In this document: positions 37,202-47,582 of the stretch, in pieces
Numbering within the stretch: position 1 is the stretch's first letter
How the letters are laid out: each line of letters opens with the position of its first letter
Origin: Paraspadella gotoi
Taxonomy: Eukaryota > Animalia > Chaetognatha
Direction: 5' to 3'
Assembly: GCA_051294375.1 (NCBI GenBank)
Contig: CM119265.1
Location: 28,426,260 to 28,490,259, forward strand
DNA length: 64,000 bases
Notes under the pieces: model-generated
The model's input: the letters and a program-made list of their open reading frames with translations, nothing else
What the model was told of the DNA's origin: nothing
Database searches by the model: none
Made by a program: the position numbers and the translations under genes

Positions 37202-37822
37202 ATGGAGCCGATTGACAGATACTACGCCACAAAGTATGTTTTCGTTGAATTCTCGTCGACAAACTTTTGCGGCCGGCCGCTCCGCGTCCGATCGGCCGCA
37301 TTTTTAATACCGCGCCAATTGTCGATGACGATGGCCCCATCCTCTGCCATGAGCCTCAGAGACATCTCGAATGACGAGTGCTTCTGGTTTGAGGTGTCGA
37401 AGCAAATTGCACTCTTACCAGACTTCGAACTTTCCGATTCATTTTGCAGATGGCCGAAGACCACCATGGGCATGGTGGTTGAGGACGATGGCAGGTATGC
37501 CGAAATGGCCGTCCTCCGCCACCGTGGATCGCCCTCCTGGGACGATTCAGCCATCACGGGAACCTTTGTCGAGGCTTTCCCGTTGACGCCATGGCGATAT
37601 GCCCATGAGGATGGGCAAAACTATCTCGATATAAAATCTCCGAGATCCTACGACCCCCATCCGGATTTAATAATATCGACGATGCACCTTACTGAGTGCC
37701 TTGATGGCTTGATCCACTCAACGCGTGCTGGCGATTTGGCATCATCAGTCAAGTTGTCCTCGGAGATGCTCTTCTTTCTCTCAAACTCTGTGTTGGAAAC
37801 TTTGCAGTACAATTCGCCATAA
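37202..37822 (+). CDS. Intronless 206-aa orphan ORF
   Basis: Clean ATG-to-stop ORF of globular-like composition on a GC-richer island; no family recognised. Confidence 0.45.
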   Translation: MEPIDRYYATKYVFVEFSSTNFCGRPLRVRSAAFLIPRQLSMTMAPSSAMSLRDISNDECFWFEVSKQIALLPDFELSDSFCRWPKTTMGMVVEDDGRYAEMAVLRHRGSPSWDDSAITGTFVEAFPLTPWRYAHEDGQNYLDIKSPRSYDPHPDLIISTMHLTECLDGLIHSTRAGDLASSVKLSSEMLFFLSNSVLETLQYNSP

Positions 37823-38162
37823 GGACATAACAACCCTGAAAGAACTTTCGCAGCTAAGAAAATGCTGGACGAAAATAGAATGCGGAGTGGCAAAATTACA
37901 TTCGGTTCCGCTCGCACGTTCATCGCGAACGAACAATGAGCGAAAACCTCATATCCTGTCTGTTACACATATCCGAGCCAGACCGTCACGCACGAAGGAC
38001 TGAAGTTTTCCTGGTCCGTCGCTTCCGAATCGATCGAAAAGCTTTGCTGTAAGTTTTTTTTATAATTTTTTTATTATGAGCTCGTATTATGTCGCCATTG
38101 AAAGCGAAAGCAACTCAATAAAACATGTGGAGTGCCGAGACGCTTCAAACCATCGCAGAATC

Positions 38163-38484
38163 GCTCCTCTTCTCTCTCTTTTCCTCCTCCCTCCTCATCC
38201 TCCTCACGGGGATTCGGGGTCGGGTTCAAGTTTAGGTTCAGTCCATCTTCTCCTCTCTCTCAGACTCTTTCTCTCTCTCCCTTTTTTTGGACCTTTTTAT
38301 ATTTTCGGATAGAGTATAGAACCCAGATATGAAATATACTTATTCACCTCCCATGCCTTTCCGTTTCCGATAGACGTGAGTTTTAGTTAGGCCCAGAGCC
38401 CACCAGTTAGAGTGGCGCCCTTGTGTCGTCGCTCAAACTTTTAACCACAAAAGACCCCATCCTCCGAGTCCTGTGCTTCTACCG
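38163..38484 (+). mobile_element. LTR-like repeat A1 (38163-38412) plus degenerate PBS/antisense tRNA-Lys
   Basis: Direct repeat of 44749-44996; followed by TGGCGCCC and, further on, GAGTCCTGTGCTTCTACCG matching the tRNA anticodon/D arm. Confidence 0.8.
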
Positions 38485-38759
38485 GCAAAAAAAATCTTAA
38501 CCAACCTTGACTTGAAAATAAGAGCCCCAGAATAAACAAAAATAACCAGGTCCTTGACCCCTCCCCCGAACTTCACCCACTTTCTCTCTTCGGTCTACGA
38601 CCTTCTCTCCCACGCCGACATTGACCCGAATTTTCGCCGCCACCTGAACGATTTTTTTTTCTTCTTCTCCCGCCATCTCGATTAACCCTGGACTAATTTT
38701 CGTCAGACAAGTCACTCTCAAGGTTTACGCCTTTAACACCAAAGGCGCACAAGTAAGAT

Positions 38760-40117
38760 ATGCTTAAAAAATGTCAAAATGAAATCGATAAAAGTTATAA
38801 AGAAAGGCAAGAACTAATGGCTGCTCTTGATTCGTTGAACTCTAAAATAAACAACCAAGAAACTGAGAAAAGTGTCATCCAAAATAAAGTTGATGCATTG
38901 GTTGCGAGAGATGAAAATACTTTCCTTGAGGCGAAAAAACAACTTGATAACTCATTTGCTCAAGTAAAGCAGTCCCAATTAGCCATAGAGCACAACTTTG
39001 TTGCATTTGCTCAGGCCGAGTTTAATATTAAATTTAATGAAGATGAAGATTGTGCGAATTCTAAAATCTTAGAAAGGATTGCAGATCATAAAAACTACTG
39101 CAGGATGCACAATACCCTCAAAAACAATAAAGAGTTCCTCGCGAAACTTCGTGATAAACTAAATGCGGAAGAATCTGTGGAGGTGAACGTTCCAATCTCT
39201 GAACCACGTGAAATAAACTTTTTATGCACTAACACAAACGACAACATTGACACTCCAATGGAGAATACTCAAAATATCCATGCGGATGAGTTAGTTTTTC
39301 TTTGTGATCAGTTGGAGATTGAGAATGGAGGTGATATGGATGTTGGTGAGTGAGGTTCACTCACAGATTTTAAACAAACTCAAAGATGTCGACGGTAGTC
39401 CTGGAGAAGTAGAAAGTGTTAAAAATGCAACGGAATTGGGGGATGGTGTACAGGACTTAATAGAAAGTACAATGGTATCGGCGGATGGTGTACACAACTT
39501 AATAGAAGAATTTTGGTTTTTGTCTCAACGGACATTGGGGGAGACCTTGGAGTAGGTGAAACAAGAATTAATATATTTTACGATGGGTCCATTTCCTCTC
39601 CATTGGTCCATTTAATTAGAGACCCCCTGTTCTCCGAAACAGTCGCTCACACTGAAGGTGACAATGCTAAGTTATTAGAAGACGCATTTAATTGTTCTAC
39701 GCTATCAACTCCACCTATCACCATGTTCAACCCTGTCCTCTCAGTCGAAGACTTTGGTGAGGTTTTATTTCCTTCTGATATCACTTTAAATAACTCGCCG
39801 AACCACTCTACGCCAAAGAAAAGTGCTTCCCTCTGAAAATAACAGCGCTATCTAGCCCTAAAACGTCGCCACCTCTAAAACGAAAAAACAAATTCCGTCT
39901 CAGAAACAACACAGAAAATGAACCGTCGGTGCTTGCTTATCTAAACCGTTGCGACAATCAAGGCAACCTGGGTTTACCTTCAACGAGTAAAGAAGTTTAT
40001 AACCTAAGCAACGCTGTTGAGTATTATTCTACTAGTCTTAGGAGTGGCGAAGACGATTTGGGGGCTGGCGATGACCTAATTAAAGAAGCGTTAGCTTCAT
40101 CAAAAATATCTGGTTAG
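38760..40117 (+). pseudogene. Frameshifted orphan ORF, coiled-coil N-terminus and acidic tail, downstream of the A1 PBS
   Basis: Overlapping ORFs 38760-39353, 39304-39555, 39513-39836, then 39929-40117. Confidence 0.45.
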
Positions 40118-42276
40118 TGAGTTAATAAACATTAATATAATAATAATTATATGTAAAGAATTTAAGTTAAGCAGTGTTGAAAATGAACTTTTGTATTTAT
40201 TTCGGTTGCTTTACTATTATTTTATTTATAAAAAAGTTTTTTTTATAAATATGATACAGTTGTTCTTTTTTTTGTCTAGTAATAATAGTGCCCATAATGT
40301 TTTTAAAAAATGTAAAAAGCTAATTTAATTAAATTAGTCAATTTTTTTATGAAATGTAAAGTGCAAATCTACAAGAAAGGAAAATTTTTATTTAACTTTT
40401 ACCTAATATGCAAAAAACATTGCAATTTTCTCCGGAGTATAAAAAATGATGAGACATAAAAAAATGAAAAGGTTGAAAGAATGTTTTATAAGATTAAAAA
40501 GATTGGATTAATAATTATCTCAATATCTTTTGATTTATCTTTTTTAATTTAAATAAATGTTAAGGTAACTCAAATGTATTTATTTGTTTATTTTTAAGCT
40601 TAAATAACTACGGGAACAAATAAATAGTTTTTAGTGGGTAATGCACTTATGATGTAAACCATAATTAGTTTTTTAAACCAATTTTCTCTTTTCTTTAGAA
40701 AACAAATTTTATAGATGGATAAAGATTGGAACATATTATTTGAGATGGACATTTAAGGTTAACATTAAGGTGAGCAAATTTTCATGTATTGAAGATATAA
40801 TTATTCTTTGAAATAATATTAATACTCGATTTTTTGCTCAAAGGTATCATGTTTTTAAAATGGGGGATAATATAAAGGTGAGCAAATAATTGTGTATTAA
40901 TCATTCTTAATATTAATACATAGTTTTTTTTGCTCAAAGGATTGTTTATGGATCGTGTTGGTATATCAAAGGGATATTAGAAGACTTTCGCCGGGGATAT
41001 CGTTATTAAAGACTCAATAGACATTTTGTACAGATTTAATTTGTCCTTTTGTTTGAAGTATTTTTTTATATTGAACGTTAGTTTTACATTTTACTTAAAA
41101 AATTAGATATCGGATAAAGATGGAGAGAATTGTCAGTAGGTACTGTAACAGGGACGTAAACGTACATTTCCGCAGAATGTACGTTTATGAGAGACCCATG
41201 AATGTGAAATTGGATGAATTTACAGTCCCAAAGACCTGGTCTTCGGGATTGATTCATCAAAAGGATAAGATTGACATCGACATGAGCAAGGACAAGCTAT
41301 ACAATTACAGGCTTCCGACTCAGGAAGCCTTATAGTCCATGGTGGCCTCGTGGCCGACTAAACTTTTCGGGATCGTGTACAAGGAAGACTGGGAATGTAC
41401 AAAAGCTACATTCCTAACCCCACCCAGACACCAAGTAGACACTTGGGTCTGGGATACTTTGCCCGAGATGGCAACCTGTGCTTAGGATGGCATGGGATGG
41501 CATCGTGCATGTGCGAAGGTCAAAGGTGAGTCTCAGTGCATGGAAAAGCGTAGATGGCAAGCGTGTCAACATGGGGGGAAACTAACATCATGCACATAAT
41601 TAAAAACAACGAATAAAGTCAATTACAAGTCATCAAACAGTAACATCAAGTACAAATCAGAAAAAAAAGGGGGGGGAGGATCATCACAAACGGGGACAAC
41701 GTCAGATCACATCATTGGCAAGCTCAGACGATCAAACAAATTATCACAAAAAGATGGGAAGCAGTATCACCAGGGGCACCATAGGTATCATCATGAAAAA
41801 AAAAAATATCACAATCATCATTAATATAAGCAACATCATAAGCATAAAAAAAAACAAAAAACATAAGAGAAAAAAAATATATACGCAAAAAAAATTCAAT
41901 GATTCAGTGGATGCTGGGTGCCTGTGCGGAGCGTTATATTCATCCCCTATGTATCCTGGTCATTGGAGGCTGAAGGCGGGGGGCGTGACCAGCGCATGCG
42001 TAATATAGGTGCGTAAATAGTTTTTTTTTATTTTGAAGATTTTTTTGCGAGGCTCAGCCGCCTCCTTTTCTCTGCATTCTAATGGACTACGTCGTCGGTC
42101 ATGGGATTGTAGGGCGTGGCCCGGAAGTGGGCGCGGCTCAGAATCCGAAGTGCCTCGGGAGGGCGAGGGCGTCTCAGGGAACGGCGAGAGCGCTCCCAAG
42201 CTCAAACTGATGCGGCTTCCCGCTGTGCGGTTCCAGCTGGTCGAGGCAGAGCTCGACTTCCTCCAAGCGGGCGAGG

Positions 42277-42939
42277 ATGGCGTTCAACGACACAAGATTA
42301 TTCTTGACGACCTCTTCCACGTCCGTATTTCCGTTCTTCTGCCCTCCGATTTCGCCGCAGCCGGCCATCATGTCCTTATCAAGCGTCAGCACCATGGAAC
42401 GCTCGTCGCGAAAGCGCTCATGGCGCCCACGCCAGTCCTCCTCGGAGCCCGACGTCGCGCCAAAGAAAGCCGTCGGTCACCACCATCGCCAGAAAGGGGG
42501 CGACGTTTCTTCAAAGGCAACGTCTCCTAAGCCAAAGGCGTCAAAGGCGCGCCTCTCGCCGGTGACGGCGCCAACACCGGCTCCCGTCGCTCCGTCGACC
42601 ACCAAGAAGGCGCCTGGCAAGTTGGGGCGAATCCCCAAAAAGACAAAGGCTGAAGCGAGTGGGAGCTCAGCTCGCCCGGCGTCTCCTACACCGCGCGGCG
42701 AGGCGCGGCGCCGCTCTCCACCGCGGTCGCAATCACCGCGAGCCGAACCGGCGCCCTTCAATGCCGCGGAGGGGGCGCATGCGGCCGCTGCTGCCCTGGC
42801 CCGGTGGCGTCCATGCGCCGACCGCCACCGGTATTCTAGCGATTGCCGGGTGGTCGGGTCGCTATATCACCCCGTCTGTCATCATAAGCAGACGCCACGC
42901 GGCGGGCGTCGCGGTGGGCGTGGCCCATATCGGAACTAG
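42277..42939 (+). CDS. Basic S/P/K/R-rich orphan protein with WRPC-x9-C-x9-CHH motif, paralogue of the 30211-31143 ORF
   Basis: FNAAEGAHAAAAALARWRPCADRHRYSSDCRVVGSLYHPVCHH vs YTAAEGASSAARALANWRPCSNPGQYATPCRVVGSITNPRCHH. Confidence 0.65.
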   Translation: MAFNDTRLFLTTSSTSVFPFFCPPISPQPAIMSLSSVSTMERSSRKRSWRPRQSSSEPDVAPKKAVGHHHRQKGGDVSSKATSPKPKASKARLSPVTAPTPAPVAPSTTKKAPGKLGRIPKKTKAEASGSSARPASPTPRGEARRRSPPRSQSPRAEPAPFNAAEGAHAAAAALARWRPCADRHRYSSDCRVVGSLYHPVCHHKQTPRGGRRGGRGPYRN

Positions 42940-43377
42940 AACTAAAACTCGAACTGAAAAGAGAGAGGAGAGGGATGGGAGGAAAAAGAACTCCCGCGAG
43001 CTCGACGGAGAAGAGGATGAGGAAAGGGGAGGATGACGATGCCTTCGGCTGAACCCCTCCTCCTCATCGGTTTTATTTAGTTACATTATTAAATTGACAT
43101 TAATTGTGACATTTATAGTTACTTATTTGATTAGATTGATATGTTTGTTTTAGTATTGTATTGATTGATATTGTCGTTATAATCACTTGGGTATGTTTGT
43201 TTAGTTTATTAGAAATGATAACATTGGTTTATGATTTTTTAATTATAAATCTATATGGTTAGTAGTAAGATTACAAAATAATAGCTAGTTATAACCAGAA
43301 GTAAATAAGAAATTGGTGACAGTCTTTTTCTAAGTATTCAAAAGTAATTAAGTCATCAAGTAAACTATTCCAAAACT

Positions 43378-43612
43378 AACCGGATGTAACCGAGACCGGA
43401 GGTGACTGGGACCGGCAGTGGCCAGACCGAAAGTGACTGTGACCAAAAGTGGAAGAGACCAAAACTGGCTGGAACCGGAAGTGATTGAACCAGAAGTATT
43501 GGGGTTTCCCAATAAAAGTAATGACGTCATCGATCTATATATAGAATGTTGACATTATCTCAGAATGTGTGAAGTCATCAGGGCGTGACGTCATCAGCTA
43601 GACCGGAAGTTG
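43378..43612. promoter_or_regulatory. Cluster of ETS-like (ACCGGAAGT variants) and CRE (TGACGTCA x2) sites around a TATATA
   Basis: accggatg, accggaggt, accggcagt, accgaaagt, accggaagt, accagaagt, accggaagt; TGACGTCA at 43522 and 43586. Confidence 0.45.
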
Positions 43613-44424
43613 GCTCCCAAAGTTACCTTATTCTATCTCTTTATATAACTATTATTTCTTTTTTTCCCACTGATTAATATAAAACACGCTTTATTTAAAA
43701 AAACGGTTGCCTATAGTTATCCTCTTCTTATAACATAGAACTCACTGGGTGAATTTCTATGCTTTCAAAATACGGTAAGACATAATTTCTTTTCGTTAAT
43801 CATTCTATTTATGGTATCTGCCCTAATTAAGATGAAATTAAAATGATTTTTTATGTTAAGGGCAACTTTTAAAGATTAAAATGTTCATCTATAAGGAATA
43901 GGCCTCTGTCTCGTCGTCTTCCTCCCCTTCGTCTTCTCGCTTTCTTCTCTCTCGTCTTCAAATTTCACAGCTGCCCCAGTCCATCCCGGATGTTTCCCGC
44001 TCTCTCTAAAAATATCTCTCCTTTTCCCTTTTTTGTCTCTCTCTCTCTTAGCATCTCGACGTTTAAGACCATAAAACTGATCGTAAGAAAGGCGTCGGGA
44101 TTCTCGTTGTCGTTGTTGTCGTTGTTGTAGAAATATTCGGACTTTGAGAGAGGCGTTGCCCCGCGTCGGCCAACATGTAAGGAGCTGATTGGGGGACGGC
44201 CGCGTTCCCGACGCGACCGTCCGCCAATCGGGAGACTTGGGCGATTCTCGACCCCCTCCACACGAGCAAAGATATAAAAGCAACAACTCTGAGGCATCAG
44301 GGAGCAGCCTTATAATAATTATTTCTACTCCATCAATTTTGTAAGTGTTCTTCAACACTTTTACTTGAGAGAAATAAACTATTTTGCCTTCATTTTGTGA
44401 ACCAAAAACTTCTTCTAAAATTAA

Positions 44425-44571
44425 ACTCTTCTCCTCTCTCTCCTTTTCCTTTGTAGAATATTTGCTGTGGCCTTAACCCCTTTTTATTATTACGTACTTA
44501 CCTTACTTACCTCTTTTACTTGGTGAGAGGGTAGTCAGAACCTATTCTAGCCAGTTATCCTATCTTCAGAG
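44425..44571 (+). mobile_element. LTR-like repeat B1 ending TTCA-gag at the PBS
   Basis: Direct repeat of ~46375-46538. Confidence 0.8.
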
Positions 44572-44647
44572 TGGCGCCCAATGTGGGGCTCGAATCCACG
44601 ACTCCGGGATTAGGAGTCCTGTGGTCTACCGACTGAGCTAACCGGGT
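44572..44647 (-). pseudogene. Full-length 76-nt tRNA-Lys-derived copy with encoded CCA (anticodon now reads CCT)
   Basis: Reverse complement ACCCGGTTAGCTCAGTCGGTAGACCACAGGACTCCTAATCCCGGAGTCGTGGATTCGAGCCCCACATTGGGCG-CCA, directly abutting repeat B1. Confidence 0.85.
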
Positions 44648-44748
44648 CTCTAACCTGGGTCTCTTATCTCTTATCCTTCTCTCTCTCTCTATCTCTCTTT
44701 CGCGTGTTCTTTCCAGAATCGAAGGCCGGTAGACGTCGCGGGTCTACA

Positions 44749-44996
44749 GCTCCTCTTCTCTCTCTTTTCCTCCTCCCTCCTCATCCTCCTCACGGGGATT
44801 CGGGGTCGCGTTCAAGTTTAGGTTCAGTCCATCTTCTCCTCTCTCTTAGACTCTTTCTCTCTCCCTTTTTTTGGGCCTTTTTATATTTTTGGATAGAGTA
44901 TAGAACCCAGTTATGAAATATACTTATTCACCTCCCATTTCCTTCGGTTTCTTCTAGACGTGAGACTTAGTGAGGCCCAGAGCCCACCAGTTAGAG
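44749..44996 (+). mobile_element. LTR-like repeat A2 (no PBS after it)
   Basis: Direct repeat of 38163-38412; upstream TAGAC...CGCGGGTCTA is also seen at 1679-1697. Confidence 0.8.
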
Positions 44997-46374
44997 CTTT
45001 CCTCCCAAAAAATCTCGAAATTGACGAAACAAAATTTAAAAACAAAAAAAAAACCTTCACTTCCTTTCACCTTCGGCGACTCTCCAGCAGAATGTCCATC
45101 TTCATGGCGACATTCCCGGTCAACGTCGTCATCCTTCTCCTGATCATCTGCAGCGACCTCAATGGGACTAACGACAATCGTCTTCTCTCTTGCTCTCTCT
45201 TCCCCCTATTTCCTTTTCTGTGTAACTCATGACCCCCTTTTTTTTTTGAAAAATAGTTATATATTTTTTTAGTTACAATTACAGTTCAAAACAGTGTGTT
45301 ATTGCATGGATTTCCCGTTTCTATTTTACTGTACAACTTCTCGGAAAGTAAATTTTTTTTAATTTTTAATTTTAGATTTTGCTTTAATTTTTTTTTTTGA
45401 AACATAGATTGCTGGAAGTTTATAATTGCATTGTGCGTTTCATCATTTCGTAGTGTGTTTTATTTTTAGTTCAGTATGATTCTCAGTCCTTTTTTCCCAT
45501 TAAATTTCGAATTTTAAAAATTTATTTTTAAAAGTGAAAATTGAAAATTAGTTTTACAGTATGATTTATTGCTAGTTACAAATTTATTTTCTTGCCATCT
45601 CTTCACGTCAAATTCCTGATTTTGAAACCTTTTAAAATAATTTTTAATATTCATTGAAGCGTTTCTAGTTTCATATTTAGTGTGTTTTAATTGTTAGTTT
45701 TGCTTTAATTCATCTTTCCCCTTTAAGTATCCTTTTGTTTTTGTTTTTTTTATGAAACAACTCCCTTTTTTTATTTTTAATTTGATTTTGATTTTGATTG
45801 TTTATTTTTTTTTGCAAAAAAAATAAAGAAAAACAAAACAAAAAAATATAAATTTTGACTATTAAAAGTAGCGTGTCTTTCCCACCCCTTGAGCAATTGT
45901 ACCCCCCATCCCTCCCCAAAAGCCAACCTCGCTGACGAGACTCAAGGCGACGTCCGGTTCCGCCCTCTCCGACCAGCGCCTCGTCCAAACCAACCAATGA
46001 GGAGCCTAAGACGACATTCCCCCCCACCCCCCAAACATCGCGTCCACCCCACCAATCCGCCTGACCCGGCTGGCGTCCGCCTCTGCCCCTGACTTTCCAC
46101 AAGCTCCACGCCCACACCAAGATGATGGCGACGCCCACCTGTGACATTCAAGACCCAAGTGGGCGTCTCTGACCAAGAGAGGGGCACAAGATAGAGGCTC
46201 ACCCTATCACCAGGGCCTTCCCTCTCCCGCCGGGCTTCCTCTTCCTCCTCTCAACGTCCCCCTCCTCCTCCTCCTCTCGTCGCCTCCTCCTCCTCATCCC
46301 TGGGAGTGCATCGGGCTTCCTCTCTCTCGGACGGCACTCACGGCGCAAGGGCTACCAAGACCGCGCGATCCCCT

Positions 46375-46538
46375 TTTCCTCTCTCTCTTTTTCCTTTGTA
46401 GTGTATTTGCTGTGGCCTTAACCCCTTTTTATTATTACATCTTTACCAGCAGATGTCTACATATTTACCTTACTTACCTCTTTTACTTGGTGAGAGGGTA
46501 GTCAGAACCTATTCTAGCCAGTTATCCTATCTTCCGAG
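46375..46538 (+). mobile_element. LTR-like repeat B2 (no PBS after it)
   Basis: Direct repeat of 44425-44571 with one ~20-bp indel. Confidence 0.8.
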
Positions 46539-47582
46539 CACTTACTTCTACAGTTTTTTTAATTTGCCGATTTTCCAACGTTCGCCATTTTAAGCTCGTA
46601 GAGAAGATAATAGAATTGAAAGAATTGAAACAATTGAGAGTGATTGCCGTGTATGATCTGGCAATAAACTAAACAAAAGAATCAGCTGCTCAGCGTTGCC
46701 GAGTTTTCCATTTACAACAAATAAGCGGTGATTCATCCTTTTTCTCTCCACAAATTTTATAATAAAAAAATGAGAAAAAAAATTAAAAAAACAAATAAAT
46801 GCAGTTCACAAATGAATAAATGGTATAAACCCAAAAATAGAAGAAAATTATGGAAAATGATTCCTCGTTCTCTTATTGGCCAATCACATCGAGGATGGGC
46901 CAATAGCAAAGCGGTCTCGAGCCTCTATTTCATCTTTAATTTACTCTGTTCGAAAATTGATACCGTCATTTGTATATTTGGTGTTGCAATCCCTGACTGC
47001 TTCCTTGAATATGGCGGCAGCGATGATATTATAGACTTATAAAAATAAAGAAGTTCGTTTTTTAGCTTAATCAACAAAATGAGGTAATTACCACACTTTT
47101 TGGTACAAATTATTTTAGTAAAAACCTAAATACGTACTACAATGTACTTTGAAAGCTCTACTTTCAGATTTAAATTCACTCAATATCTCCAGTTTTACGT
47201 GTGATGACATCGCAATCAGTAGCAATGATGTTGTCATTTTGAAACAGTTCTCCCCTTTCTATGTAATCACAGTTATTTGTGCATACTGCATAGGAATGTA
47301 GGAATGTAGAAAAACGCGTAAAACATAACAAATAAAAAAACAAAAAACAAAGGATTCTTTTTTTTGCCAAAGGCAAAACATCCTTTTCAAAGTCTTTGGG
47401 AAAAACTTTCATAAAATACTCGTTTCTTTGTCTGTTTGTCTTTGTCTCGTTCTCTTTGTCTCTTTGTCCTTGTCTCTTTGTCCTCTAATCAAATGTCTCT
47501 CTTACTTGATTTAGCACGACTTTCGTCTCGAGCCCAAGCTTTGTCTTTCTTTTAAAGTCCCTTCTTTACCCCAATCACCGTG

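Noticed and set aside
44572-44647. Functional tRNA gene (also 1911-1977)
   Set aside because: Encoded CCA, direct fusion to an LTR-like end, altered T-arm/anticodon or missing 5' end point to a reverse-transcribed copy
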